From contig OX597833.1 of the NCBI GenBank assembly GCA_951406725.2, positions 51,770,001 to 51,834,000 on the forward strand: a stretch of DNA of 64,000 bases, read 5' to 3'. How positions within the stretch are numbered: position 1 is the stretch's first letter; every line of letters starts with the position of its first letter. The DNA comes from Octopus vulgaris. Taxonomy: Eukaryota. Under the pieces are notes generated by a model. The model worked only from the letters and a program-made list of their open reading frames with translations, searched no databases and was not told where the DNA came from. The position numbers were made by a program, and so were the translations under genes. Shown here piece after piece: positions 25,266 to 39,719 of this stretch.

Positions 25266-25317
<52 letters not shown>

Positions 25318-25335
25318 TATCTTGACTTGTTTTTT

Positions 25336-25439
<104 letters not shown>

Positions 25440-25765
25440 CATGTATATATATGCATATGTATGTACATGCATTGGCACACAAACACATACTTATACATAT
25501 ATACGCACGTACATTTATACATACGTTTCTATAAGGCAATCCACAACACGTTTGCGATTGTTTTAGTATTCGAGTGCTGGAATCAGAATATAGACAGACA
25601 GTGGGAATATAAGATTCATAAATGAGGTGATTCGAAGTTGATCTCAGATAAGAACGAATCTGACACTAATAATGTGGTTTCAATGTGATATCCAGTCCGT
25701 GGGAAAACACTGGAATATGACAATGAGTACCTCCGCGGCAAAGCGTCCTGCGTTACATAATGATG

Positions 25766-25819
<54 letters not shown>

Positions 25820-26023
25820 CATTTATCCTTTTCTTTTTTTTCTTTTTATTTCTTTTTTTTTGTTCTTTTCTTCCCTTTTACGATCCCTCTTGATCGAAAA
25901 CCTACGCCACCCCCTATTTTTTTTTGTTTCTTTTGTTTTTTGTTTTTTTCATCCCCCAAAAGAAAAGCTCTACCTTGTAACTTGTCCCATCTGTGTGCAG
26001 CCCTGTGTGGCCAATAAAGAAAC

Positions 26024-26063
<40 letters not shown>

Positions 26064-26107
26064 ATATCTATCTATCTATCTCTGTATATATACATATATA
26101 TATATCT

Positions 26108-26339
26108 GTTTCTTTATTGCCCACAAGGGGCTAAACATAGAGGGGACAAACAAGGACAGACAAACGGATTAAGTCGATTACATCGACCCCAGTGCGTAAC
26201 TGGTACTTAATTTATCGACCCCGAAAGGATGAAAGGCAAAGTCGACCTCGGCGTGATTTGAACTCTGAACGTACCGGCAGACGAAATACGGCTACGCATT
26301 TCGCCCGGCGTGCTAACGTTTCTGCCAGCTCGCCGCCTT
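26108..26339 (-). mobile_element. SINE family B, full length
   Basis: Reverse complement of the family B consensus. Confidence 0.92.
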
Positions 26340-26394
26340 TAATATATATATATCTGTGACTCCCTCTCACTCTCTCTCACTCTCTTTTTCTCCC

Positions 26395-26548
26395 TGTGGC
26401 TGTGTGGTAAGAAGCTTTATTCTCAGCCACATGGTTCCGGTTCAGTCCGACTGCGTGGCACGTTGGGCAGGTATCTTCTACTATAGCCTCGGGCCGATTA
26501 AGGCATTGTGAATGGATTTGGTATACGGACACTGAAAAAAGCCAGTCG

Positions 26549-26594
<46 letters not shown>

Positions 26595-26815
26595 CATGTT
26601 TGTGTGACTTTGTGTCTGTTTGAACCCCACCATAGCTTGACAACCGATGTTGGTGTGTTTGCGTTCACGTAACTTAGTCTTTCGGCAAAAGAAATCGAAA
26701 GAATATGTATCAGGCTTACAAAAGAATAAATTCTGGGGTCGATTTGTTTTACTATAGGTTGTGCACCAGCATGGCCGCAGTCAAACGACTGAAACAAATA
26801 AAAAAATAAAAGAAG
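26395..26815 (+). mobile_element. SINE family A, diverged
   Basis: Head, internal (TG)n and 3' CAGCATGGCCGCAGTCAAA present. Confidence 0.85.
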
Positions 26816-26875
26816 ATAGATATATATACAGTCGTACCTCCGTTTACGAACGCCTCTGATCGCGAAATAATCGTG

Positions 26876-26940
<65 letters not shown>

Positions 26941-26943
<3 letters not shown>

Positions 26944-27072
26944 TGACGAAGAGCGTCCGCTCGAAACGTTTAAACGTCCTTCTTTCTTTCCTTTCCTGAG
27001 CGTCCAATAAAATTATACTTGTTTCACATCCTCGCCTTGTTGTTTTCTCTTTGTTCATGTTTTGGAGTAACT
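26941..27072 (+). mobile_element. Short Penelope-like repeat with a hammerhead-like motif, between (TA)n tracts
   Basis: CTGACGA-A-GAGC-GTCC-GCTC-GAAA-C-GTT at 26943-26970, followed by TTTCCTGAGCGTC as at 4540 and in the reverse complement at 37927. Confidence 0.6.
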
Positions 27073-27196
27073 ATATATATATATATATATATATACATAT
27101 GCATATATATACATATATATATATATATACATATATATATACATATATATATATATACATATATATATACATATATATATACATATATATATATAC

Positions 27197-27235
<39 letters not shown>

Positions 27236-27266
27236 CATATAAATATATATATATATATATATATAC

Positions 27267-27334
<68 letters not shown>

Positions 27335-27621
27335 GCTGAGTGGTAAGAAACTTGCTTCCCAACCACATGCTACCGGGTTCAGTCCCACTGTGTGTCACCT
27401 TCGTTATGTATCTTATACTATAGCGTTAATTAGTGGTTTGGAATTTAACTGTTCTTTCTAGCGTAAAGGATTCCTATGATGGAAACCTCTTAATGTGTTT
27501 AAATGTACACTGTATTATATATGAGTGATATATAGTCTATTGAATAATTTTTCTATACGCTAGGTCACTGTTAGTAAAAAATTCTAAAATCTTTCTTACC
27601 CAGATATTATTAATTAATGTT

Positions 27622-27837
27622 CGAGGGTTGCTGAAATGTTCATGTCTTTAAGGGTATGGCGAAATGCCCTGCTTGAGGCCCAACTTTCAAAGTTCTTTTT
27701 ACAAGGTTTAGAAAAACTGAAGGACCGTTGCAATAAGTGTGTTAATTTGAGAGGAAAATATGCTGAATAAAATCATTATTAACTGGTCCTCTTCCATTTT
27801 CTTTTACCCAAAGGCAGAAACTTTTCAGCACCCCTCC
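27622..27837 (+). mobile_element. ~215-bp mariner-derived MITE (copy 1 of 3)
   Basis: TIR-like CGAGGGTTGCTGAAATGTT / AACTTTTCAGCACCCCTC. Retains the transposase C-terminus FFLQGLEKLKDRCNKCVNLRGKYAE*. Confidence 0.8.
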
Positions 27838-28677
27838 TTTAGTACACATACATATATACATACACACAAAAATTCATATGCACATATATGTAGCTCACGC
27901 CAACATATATACACATACATATGCATTTATGTTTGTTCATGTGTGCAAGTAATTGTCTGCATTCGTATACGTGTTTATGCGTATATGTTACTTTAATGCA
28001 TATATGTTAGTTTAATAGTGTTTATTCATAAGCATACATACTTCTCGCTGAATGATTTATACAGCAAAGCTGACCGACCACCAGCACGGTGGCAAGGCTC
28101 AAAATTAAGATAACAAGGAAGAAGCAAATAATTATGTTAAATTAAAATAAACAAAAATAAGTAATTGCTCTGTGTACCGTCATGTCAGATTTATGAAAGC
28201 TCACTCAATCAATTTTGGGCTTTTGCATATAAAATATGTGAACTCTACCTACAGCTGTGTCATTCTACAAATTTTTTTATATTCAAACACTGCAGAATTC
28301 TCGAACCGGGTTAACCAACTTAAAGAAAGAGAACTAATAGATAAAATAAAGGATACTAAATAATAACAAAAACGTCTTTTGGAAGTGTTAATATGTGGCT
28401 GTGTGGTAAGAAGTTTTCTTCCCAACCACATGGTTCTGGGTTCAGACCTACTTCGTGACACCTTGGGCAAGTGTCCTCTACTACAGCCTCGGACCGACCA
28501 AAGCCTTGTGAGTGGATTTAGTAGACGGAAACTGAAAGACGCCCGACGAATATATATAAGTATATATGTATGTATATATACATATATATATAACTTGTGT
28601 TGTTAAAAAGAAATAATTAAAAACATCGAGAGAAACAAATGTTATACAGTTATACAGAAAGAACAGAACTTCAAAAG

Positions 28678-28722
<45 letters not shown>

Positions 28723-28982
28723 CACTCTGATAAAAATAATTTTCTGGTTAATTAAAAAAATATTGTAATGAAACCGAGGAATTTATCTGACATCGCAAAA
28801 TATATTAATGCTATGAATTTTTGTTGTTGTTTTGTTTTTTACTCTCCATTTCTTTTAGTTCTCTTTCTTTCTTAAGTATTTTAACCCGGTCGAGAATTTT
28901 GCAAGAGTTTAAATGTGGAAGATCCTTGAAGGAAACAGCAGCAGGGAAGTGTTAACATAGTTTCGTCTGCAAAACTACAATA

Positions 28983-29365
28983 TTCTTTTCTACTCTAGAC
29001 ACAAGGCCCGAAATTTTGGGGGAGGGGGCCAGTCGATTAAATCGATCCAGTACTTAATTTATTGACCCCGAAAGGATAAAAGGCAAAGTTGACCTCGGCG
29101 GAATTTGAACTCAGAACATAAAAGACAGACGAAATACCTATTTCTTTACTGCCCACAAGGGGATACACAGAGGGGACAAACAAGGACAGACAAACGGATT
29201 AAGTCGATTATATTGACCCCAGTGCGTAACTGGTACATATTTAATCGACCCCGAAAGGATGAAAGGCAAAGTTGAACTCGGCAGAATTTAAACTCAGAAC
29301 ACTAAGACAGACGGAATACTGCTAAGCATTTCGCCCGACGTGCTAACGTTTTAACCAGCTTGCCA
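28983..29365 (-). mobile_element. SINE family B dimer (full unit plus headless unit with an older-type tail)
   Basis: Junction GAAATA|GGTATTTCGTCTG on the minus strand at ~29138. Confidence 0.88.
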
Positions 29366-29973
29366 CGTCAATATAGTTAGAGCAAGCTTTCAAAAATCTA
29401 AGTTAGGTTTAAGGTAAGGGTGAAGTAGAAGATTCGGATTAAGCTTAGGGGGTCGATTTGCTCGAATAAAGGCGGTGCTCCAGAATGGCCGCAGTCAAAT
29501 GACTGAAACAAGTAGAAGAGTAAAAAACAGAGTATGTACTTATGTACAGAGTTAACTGTTAAACTTCCCTTTATGCTGTATCTTCGCATCTTCGCACTTA
29601 ACCGATAAGTGCTACTAGTAAACTTTTATACGTTTATTTTCAGTCTCTGAGAGTTTAAGACATTACACAGATGCCTAAGAAACCCTTACTAGATTCTCTT
29701 CAATGAATGGAGCAAGCTGGACACGAGACTTGAAGCTTTCTGAAACGCCAAGCTGGTTTATGTAACGTCTTCTAGGGTTCAATGACAGCTTGTTTCTAAA
29801 CTGATAAGCTTCTTCTTCTTCGACGCTAAAAGACAAAAATGAAGGATGTAATGAATGGTTGAATGATAGCACTTTACCTATTTTCCTGGTCGCTGATCCA
29901 CCGAACCATTTATCACCTAGGAGATGTATGGTGACTACGTCTACGGGGCAACACAAAACATATATTTTCTACA

Positions 29974-30063
<90 letters not shown>

Positions 30064-30290
30064 TATATATATATATATTTATATATATGCATATATATAT
30101 ATATATATATATATATGTGTATGTATATAATAGTCTCTGGTTTGTTGCAAGTATGCGCGTTGCTATGTGTGAGTATATCTAGCCGTAGGCATAGATAGTT
30201 TTATCTATATTGTATTTGTATGTAGATGTATGTGTATATGCGTGTATGTCTACATATATATATATGCATAAATATGCATGCATAAATATA

Positions 30291-30336
<46 letters not shown>

Positions 30337-30814
30337 CGGATAAGTTTATGGCCGTTATAGTAGATTTTACTTTTATCTTTGTTTTATTCTTTTTAAAATT
30401 ATTGATGCTCACACTTGCATACAGAAACATATCGATTAATTGATTAATTCAGTCTGTTTGAGGGTTTCAAAAGCTTCCAATATGTAACTTTTTCTCTTGA
30501 TTTACCCTGATGAGATTTTCACTCAAACGTTTACAAAATATGAATTCTTATAAATATTTATTCGTTTTGAGTTTGAATCGAAACAATTGCAGGGGTTACA
30601 AATATTATGTTAATAAATTAACATATGTCAGTTTGAACTTTCCAAGTTCCTTTTATTATTTTGTATATTGTATATATATATATATATACCCATTTGTATT
30701 GTAGAAATATTTTTCTACTATACTGGGCATTATACCTGTTAAACCAGTGAAGAAACTTGGATGTTTCCTTCCTTGTAAGAGGAACTTGTTTCCTTGTATT
30801 GGAACACACACACA

Positions 30815-30883
<69 letters not shown>

Positions 30884-31154
30884 ACACACATCTATATACA
30901 TATTATAAGGGCACAGACAAATAAACATATAACGAGAGAGCTAATTATAATTTTAGATGAAACCTAACTTTAATTACCGAACGCTTTTGGTATCTCAATT
31001 ACTGCTATTACTAGAAGACATTTGCGTTATTATGTATGTATCCCGTGACATGTTCTCTGGCATGGATTCACTACTTATATGGATTCGATATAGAAAATTC
31101 CTTACATGCAGCATAATATTATTGAATACACATTACATGCAAAAATATATTCAT

Positions 31155-31523
31155 TTACTTGTTTCAGTCATTTGACTGTGGCCATGCTGGAGCACCACCT
31201 TTAGTCGAGCAAATCTACCCCAGGACTTATTCTTTGTAAGCCTAGAACTTATTCTATCGGTCTCTTTTGCCGAACCGCTAAGTTACGTGGACGTAAACAC
31301 AACAGCATCGGTTGTCAAGCGATGTTGGGGGACAAACACAGACACACAAACACATACACACACATATATATAAATATATACGACGGGCTTCATTCAGTTT
31401 CCGTCTACCAAAGCCACTCACAAGGCTTTGGTCGGCCCGATGCCAAAGTGTCACGGAGTGGGACTGAACCCGGAACCATGTGGTTGGTAAGGAAGCTACT
31501 TACCACACAGCCACTACTACGTC
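31155..31523 (-). mobile_element. SINE family A
   Basis: Reverse complement of the family A consensus, with a small internal deletion. Confidence 0.9.
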
Positions 31524-31537
31524 TATATAATGTAAGA

Positions 31538-31771
31538 AAAGGCGGCGAGCTGGCAGAAACGTTAGCACACTGGGCGAAATGCGTAGCCGTATTTCATCTG
31601 TCCTTACGTTCCGAGTTCAAGTTCCGCCGAGGTCGACTTTGCCTTTCATCCTTTCGGGGTCGATATATTAAGTACCAGTTACGCACTGGGGTCGATGTAA
31701 TCGACTTAATCTCTTTGTCTGTCCTTGTTTGTCCCCTCTGTGTTTACCCCCTTGTGGGTAGTAAAGGAATA
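31538..31771 (+). mobile_element. SINE family B, full length
   Basis: 14-bp TSD TATATAATGTAAGA at 31524-31537 and 31772-31785. Confidence 0.92.
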
Positions 31772-32590
31772 TATATAATGTAAGATATATTTATATGTAT
31801 GTAACTTTGGATTACGTTATAAAGTCCATATGAGACATAGTATGTTCTTTCTCTCGGTTATTCACTTTTCAATGTCTTGGTTGTATGCTTTGTGTCTACA
31901 TCTACACTTGAATATTTACACAACAGGAATTAAATATGACGTGAGCTGTGAACAGACCCATCATGTCGTCACACATAATGGCAAACATATCAATCACGTC
32001 CCTCTGAAATCAATCACAAATAATCTTTAATCTTTTGTCTTTTGTCTTTTGTCATTTGTTTTTTATTTTCAGTGTCTTGGACAATGGCCAAGCTGGGGCA
32101 CCACCTTGAAGAGGGTTTTAGTCTCACTATGCGACCTCAGTACTTGTTTTCATTTAAATGTGGTACTTATTCTTTTGGTTCCTTTTGTCGAGCAGCTAGG
32201 CTACGGGGATGTAAACAAACCAACGCCGGTTGTAAAGTGGAGAGAGTTCGACAAGCACACACACGCACACACTGCATATATATATATATAGTTACATCTA
32301 CGATGGCCTTTGCACAGTTTCCACCTACCAAATTCATTCACACATCATGGGTCTCCTGGGGCTTTAGTAGAACACACGTACCAAAGGTGCTGTGCAATGG
32401 GACCGAACTCGAAACCAAACTCTTCCAAAGCAAGCTTCTTAACGACACAGCGAAGCCCGTGCCAATATGAACCATACGTGCGCCAAATGGTTTAATTTTG
32501 CTTTGGTTTTGCTTTTTGCTCTTGGCTTTTATATTCCATGCTTCTTAGAGATGGTTACAGCTGGAACCTCTTCGATAACATATTTGATAG

Positions 32591-32975
32591 ATCTCTCTCT
32601 ATATAAACGGCAGTTTGTCTGTGCGTGTTTCTGTGTGTCTGTTTGCTTGTACCCTCACCCTGACCACGGCTTTCAACCGATTCTGATGAAACTTGACACA
32701 CACATAGCCCAATGTCATAATTCAAAACTAACGCAGCGAAAATTTTGAAAAGTTCCCCCAGTTCTGAAAAAAATCGATAAATTCGACATGGGGTCGAGAA
32801 TCAGAAACACAAACCGCAAACTGTCTAGGGGACGCAACTCCACCTTTTTTTACTCTCAAAAAAAATTTATCATCATTTTTTTCCATTTTTTGCTATTTTT
32901 TGGCTATAACTCTCTAAAAATGATTTATAGTTATTTCCCTTACAAACCTGAGCAACGCCGGGCGATACTGCTAGT
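32591..32975 (-). mobile_element. Helitron/Helentron-like non-autonomous element, copy 2
   Basis: End-to-end reverse complement of 6858-7246. Confidence 0.75.
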
Positions 32976-33450
32976 TAAGGATAAAACCTAGAACTCAAGT
33001 GCAACCCCAACGTGAACACATTCTGCACTCACATTGTCTCTAATTTGTCTCTAACGCTAAATATAATTGGTCTTCTTGTACAGAAAATTTTGCGGTTAGA
33101 AAACAACGAACTCAACAAGGAAACCCGAGATGGGTGGAAAATTGGCTTTTGTTGAATTTCCTTTTGTAAATGAATGCAAAACGGAGTTGTAAATCTTTGC
33201 ACTTTCTTTTTGATTAATATCATAATTGTTGTTAGTGTTTTGTTAAGCCCCTGTTGTGTGTTTCTACTGGTTTCACTGTCAGGTCTTTTAGTGAACTTAT
33301 TGTCTTTGTTTATTTGGTAATTAATGACTTGGGGGTCACCAAAAGAATTTAAAGTGAAAGGTGTTTAAGGTGATCTCATTCTTATTATAATTACTGAGAT
33401 ATTAGCGATATCAATTTTTAACACAAAATTCGTACCATCATATATACCTG

Positions 33451-33515
<65 letters not shown>

Positions 33516-33691
33516 TTAGAGATAAAACCACTATTAGGCATATCAAAAAGTGAAAAACATAGTTAAAAATAAAAAATTATTTAAATAATTTAAACTTATA
33601 AATTTTATATATATATACAAATATACATATATATATATGTATGTATATTTTTATACTTATATATTATTTTATTTATTAATTAATTTATTTA

Positions 33692-33766
<75 letters not shown>

Positions 33767-33781
33767 TATTAAAAGTATTAA

Positions 33782-33823
<42 letters not shown>

Positions 33824-34236
33824 CTATCGCAATATTAAATAATTCTTGGGGGGGGATATTTGAATAGATTAGTTTAAAATATGTATTGCATGTTAGTATT
33901 TCTATAAAATATCTTTACTATTCAATGGTATGTGACAATGTGTTTAAAACAAAGAGGAAAATCGAACTCCATTCTGATGAGAAGAGTTTTAAATCGAATG
34001 CACCATTTTCATTGCGTTCATAGCTATAAAATCTGGGCTACCGGTTTAAAAAAATTATCAATATAAGCTAAAACAAAATGCCCTGGATTGGTGGAAATAT
34101 TACATCAAATTGCATTTCGGTTTATGGTTATATCTTGAGTTCAAATCCTACCAAGTTCGTTTAACCTATCATTTCTCTGGAGGTATACACAAGCAGTACC
34201 ACTTAACTACAAAAACTAATGTGATTGACGATACTC

Positions 34237-34660
34237 GGATCTTATCGGTTTGAACGGCAGTTTTTTCTAGCGGTGTCATATGAAATTGTCACCCATAATT
34301 ATGACCCTAGTATCGATCTATTGCATTTCAATCTATTTTACGGTTAGGGTTAGGTAGGGTTAGTTAGGGTTAGGGTTAGGGGTGGGGGGAAAGGTTATAT
34401 TTTTTTCTTCACAAATGTACATAAACCCAATCTGTTTCTTAAACGAGGGATATATTCATACGGCACAGAATGTTATTTATTGGTTGAAATTGCAGAAATT
34501 GAAGAAAAAAAAAACAAATATCTTACAAACTATAGAATTTTCTCAATAAAGTCAAGAGGAAAAGATGTTTTATAAACACATTCTACCAGTATACGAAGTT
34601 CAAAATTTTTTAGTTACCTTGAAATTATGTTAAAAACTGCCGTTCAAACCGAAAAGATCC
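34237..34660. mobile_element. MITE with 29-bp GG-initiated TIRs and an 8-bp TSD (Merlin-like), containing TTAGGG repeats
   Basis: GGATCTTATCGGTTTGAACGGCAGTTTTT / AAAAACTGCCGTTCAAACCGAAAAGATCC. TSD CGATACTC at 34229-34236 and 34661-34668. TTAGGG-like run at ~34343-34382. Confidence 0.85.
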
Positions 34661-34902
34661 CGATACTCTTCTCCCAAAGGTAAGACCGTATAACAATGTT
34701 TGACATTAATACAAAAAGCAAATATTTATATATAGCGTACACAACTATACACACACACATATATATATACATATTCATATAGCAGTCTTCAGCAAACTTA
34801 TTTTGTCGTGGAATTGCATGTACAATTTTCTGTAAATCACGTAACTCCTGCCTTTTTTACAAACCATGCCCGCCAGTTTAATTTTAATATGACGCTATGT
34901 GT

Positions 34903-35133
34903 GTTTCTTTATTACCCACAAGGGGCTAAACATAGAGGGGACAAACAAGGACAGACAAAGGGATTAAGTCGATTACATCGACCCCAGTGCGTAACTGATA
35001 CTAAATTTATCGACCCCGAAATGATGAAAGGCAAAGTCGACCCCGGCGGAATTTGAACTCAGAACGTAACGGCAGACGAAATACGGTTACGCATTTCGCC
35101 CGGCGTGCTAACGATTCTGCCAGCTCGCCGCCT
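34903..35133 (-). mobile_element. SINE family B, full length
   Basis: Family B consensus. Imperfect TSD ATATGACGCTATGTG/ATATGACGTTATATG. Confidence 0.9.
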
Positions 35134-35909
35134 TCATATGACGTTATATGGAACAAAGATTATGTTTGAGAAATTATTTCGTATTTACACACATAAACAC
35201 ACATATAATGACTTAATTTTTCTAAATTAAATTATTACATTTTAATGAGACAGCACATCTCTTGTTAACTCATAATTTTCTCGTAGCTTTCACTTTCAGA
35301 AACATTGACAGAAAGCATCGCGGTTTGTTGTCTACTGACAGACGGATTTTATAATAATTTGACCGAATTATTTTGGTGTCTTTTTTTCTTTTCTATTCGT
35401 CTCCTTTTACGCATGTATGTTCTTATTTAGTGCTTATATTTGTGGAACATTTCAAGCTCATTAAATAATCAACTCAATATAATGTTAAAATATCTGTTTC
35501 TCATTATCTCAATAAATAGAAGAAGGAGATACACTCTGGTAAAGCTTATCAAAGGAACAAATAACTAAACAAAATAACTAAAAAAAAATTAGGCTAACTA
35601 GCATGTTAGTATGTTGGTGCAAATTCAAATGTTTGACGGTGCAGGAGGAAATTTATACTTGTAACTAAATCCAAATATTAGCAACAAAACAGCTGAGGGT
35701 TCGATTTCCACCGTAGCTCTCAGTATAATCTATTTTACTCTTTTACTTGTTTCAGTCATTTTCACTGCGGCCATGCTGGAGCACCGCCTTTAGTCGAGTA
35801 AATCGACCCCAGGAGTTATTCTTTGTAACCCTGGTACTTATTCTATCGGTCTCTTTATATAGATGTATATAGATTTTAAATTCAGAACTCTTCTAACATT
35901 GATAATGTC

Positions 35910-36323
<414 letters not shown>

Positions 36324-36339
36324 GCATATCACGAAATAC

Positions 36340-36835
36340 ACTTGATCTTTTAGTTGTTCTATATAGTGGGTTTAACACAAAAGATTATCCGAGCATTTTG
36401 ACGGATCTTGACCATTCTATGGTACAAACATTGTTCTCTGAAGGTAGCCCTAAATTCCGGGACGATAATGCATCGATTCATACGGCTATTGTCATATCAA
36501 AGAGTAAGGACGTGAAGGAAGCGATTTTGATTTTCCTCCACAATCACTGGATCTGAATATAACCGAACGTTTATGGCGCACTTTTGGAGAAGAAACTGAA
36601 GATTCACAACGTCAATTCTTTGACGTATTAAAACTGTTATTGATGCCACGTCGCTGAAACAGCTAATGCTGATTTTACTTGAACTACGGCTCAAAATTCC
36701 TCCAACAACGATTCACAACGTCAATTTTTTGACGTATTAAAACTGTTATTGATGCCAAAGGTGGACCAACACCGGATTGAATAATCAAACCACCATTTAA
36801 CAAGGATTTTTAAAATTATTTTGTCCAATCCTTTG
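36340..36835 (+). pseudogene. Tc1-like (DD34E-type) transposase 3' fragment with right TIR
   Basis: FRDDNASIHTA...PPQSLDLNITERLW...VIDAKGGPT. End TTATTTTGTCCAATCCTTTG-TA. Internal ~48-bp duplication at 36601 and ~36711. Confidence 0.8.
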
Positions 36836-36847
36836 TATAGGTACATA

Positions 36848-37240
36848 TGTGGAGGCGCAATGGCCCAGTGGTTAGTGCAGCGGACTCGCGGTCGTAGGAT
36901 CGCGGTTTCGATTCCCAGACCGGGTGTTGTGAGTGTTTATTGAGCGAAAACACCTAAAGCTCCATGAGGCTCCGGCAGGGATGGTGGTGATCCCTGCTGT
37001 ACTCTTTCACCACAACCTTCTCTCACTCTTACTTCCTGTTCCTGTTTCTGTTGTACCTGTATTTCAAAGGGCCGGCCTTGTCACTCTCTGTGTCACGCTG
37101 AATACCCCCGAGAACAACGTTAAGGGTACACGTGTCTGTGGAATGCTCAGCCACTTACACGTTAATTTCACGAGCAGGCTGTTCCGTTGATCGGATCAAC
37201 CGGAACCCTCGTCGTCGTAACCGACGGAGTGCTTCCATCC
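36848..37240 (+). mobile_element. SINE family C, full length
   Basis: 11-bp TSD ATAGGTACATA at 36837-36847 and 37241-37251. Confidence 0.93.
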
Positions 37241-37955
37241 ATAGGTACATAGATTATTTAACAGGTTTCAGTCACTGACTTCAAGTGTTTTCAATCGATC
37301 ATATTGACTCGGTCATGTATTTCAGTCGGGTGTTTGTTTAATAGATCTCCGTTTAACGATTGACTGCATTTTCCTTTTGTAATGAAGGAACGTAACTCGA
37401 TGCCCCGATTTTCAGACACACGAACACTAAAACATATGTATGTGTGCGTGTATGTGTGAGTGAGTATGTTTGTGAGTGTGAGTATATGTGTGTATGTGTG
37501 TGTGTGTGCGCGCATGTGAGTGTGTGTGTGTGTGTGTGTGTATTTATGTGTCTGTGTGTGTGATGATAGTCTCTCGTATTCCGTGAGAGAGGGTTGTACA
37601 GTTTCTTTCTTAACAATCTGCACATCTGATTCGTTTTTAGTACGCATGTGCTGTACATTAGCTTGCTGTCTCCATCAAATCGACGTTGCCTGGACATATG
37701 CACGGTGTACCACGCGTTATGTGTCGAAGTGAGAACGCATCGTAACATCCGCTCCAGGAATTGAAACCTTAACCTCGCGATCTCGAGTGCAAAAACCCTA
37801 ACCATTAGGCCATGCTGCCTCACACACACATACACACACACATATGTATATATAGTTAATCCAAACATGAAAACACAAAGAGAAAACACAACAACGCATG
37901 GACGTGGAACAAATATAGTGTTATTGGACGCTCAGGAAAAAAGGAAAGAAGGAGG

Positions 37956-37990
37956 GTTTAACGTTTCGAGCGGAGCTCTTCGTCAGAAAC
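37956..37990 (-). ncRNA. Minimal hammerhead-like motif in a short Penelope-like repeat (~37855-38040)
   Basis: Reverse complement GTTT-CTGACGA-A-GAGC-TCC-GCTC-GAAA-C-GTT-AAAC. Perfect stems I and II; self-complementary AACGTT replaces stem III. Confidence 0.65.
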
Positions 37991-38406
37991 ATAGGAAAAG
38001 GAAAGATCCAAAGAAGGGAAAACGGAGGAAAACAATCGCTATATACCGTTTGTAAAAATGTTCTTTACATTGTTCTGCTTTTGACTTGGGAAACATGTGA
38101 GTAGTGCAAAATAGAATTTCTGATATCAAGAAATATTTATAATAACGTGTGTTAAACGAATCCAAGTATACAGATTATAGCTTCGCTCCTGTTCCCAAAC
38201 ATTATCAATGTGAGAAGAGTTCCGAATAAAAACTTTTTCTGGGAGACTCGTATATGGACAAGTAATATACGTGGGCAATTTCATCTTGATTCCATCTTCC
38301 TTTCTTTCTTTCTTTCTCTCTCTCTCGGTCATTCACGCTCCCAGTTACCTCCCCCTCTCTATCCTCCCCATCTCCTCTCGCATTCTCTTCCTCTTTCTCT
38401 TAAATA

Positions 38407-38469
<63 letters not shown>

Positions 38470-38480
38470 ATATAAATGAG

Positions 38481-38722
38481 CCCTTTTAAAGCCTAGCCAG
38501 GCTCATGTGTCCGGTTTCCCAGTTTCTACGGCGTATGTGTTCCCCAGCTGGACGGGGACGCCAGTCCATCGCAGCGTTACTCATTTTTGCCAGCTGAGTG
38601 GACTGGAGCAACGTGAAATGGAGTGTTTTGCTCAAGAACACAACACGTCGCCCGATCCAGGAATCGAAACCACAATCTTACGATCATGGTGCTGACACCC
38701 TAACCACTAAGCCACGCGCCTC

Positions 38723-38724
<2 letters not shown>
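38481..38724 (-). mobile_element. SINE family D (tRNA head plus V-domain-like segment)
   Basis: Reverse complement TGGCTTAGTGGTTAGGGTG...GGTTTCGATTCC...GCTGGCAAAAATGAG...GCGATGGACTGGCGTCCCCGTCCAG. The tail is also found at 54194-54262. Confidence 0.8.
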
Positions 38725-38796
<72 letters not shown>

Positions 38797-38799
38797 TAC

Positions 38800-38866
<67 letters not shown>

Positions 38867-39006
38867 GTATATATGTGTATGTATATATATATATGTATAT
38901 GTATGTAAAATATATACTGAAAATTACTATACATATATTTTATATGTATATACAATGTATTATAGATGCATACAAGAACACACACATATCTGTATGTGTG
39001 CATGTG

Positions 39007-39091
<85 letters not shown>

Positions 39092-39719
39092 TTCCATTTT
39101 GAAGTATCAATATCGGATATAGGAGTGCCGATATTTGAAACGAGGAAGCATCCTCTTTATATATATATATATATTTATATATATATTTATATATATATAT
39201 GAATGTATGTATGCATATATGTATAAAGTTTTGGTAGTAAACGGACGTTCTAAATTCTATATGAAACAGTTCTAAGATCTCATCAGAATGAGAGCAACCC
39301 TACTCCACATATAATACATACATACATACATACATACATACATACATACATACATACATACATACAAACATACAAACATGCATACATGCATAGATATATG
39401 TATGTATGCATATAATTAAAATGTAAGCATGACGTCACAAACTGGATGTCGGCTGAGAAGGTTGAAATACGAGATGCAGCGAAAATAAAATCTATAACAA
39501 CGGAAATGATACAGGTTTATGAAGAAAATATAGAAATATTCCCCTACACCCCTTACTAGACCTCAAAATGTGGACAAATTAGCAATAGTGACACGACAGC
39601 TGTGTGGTTACAACACGTGTAATTAACTGATATTTGCACATCTCGAATGTTATTTTGTTTCTGCTAATTCTATATACAAAGCGAAAAGTCTTGTTATCGT
39701 GTCACTCCATTACACCGTT

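Noticed and set aside
33029-33223. Possible Gypsy pol fragment (FCTRRPIIFSVRDKLETM)
   Set aside because: Only a short, weak resemblance, with no flanking RT motifs or LTRs.
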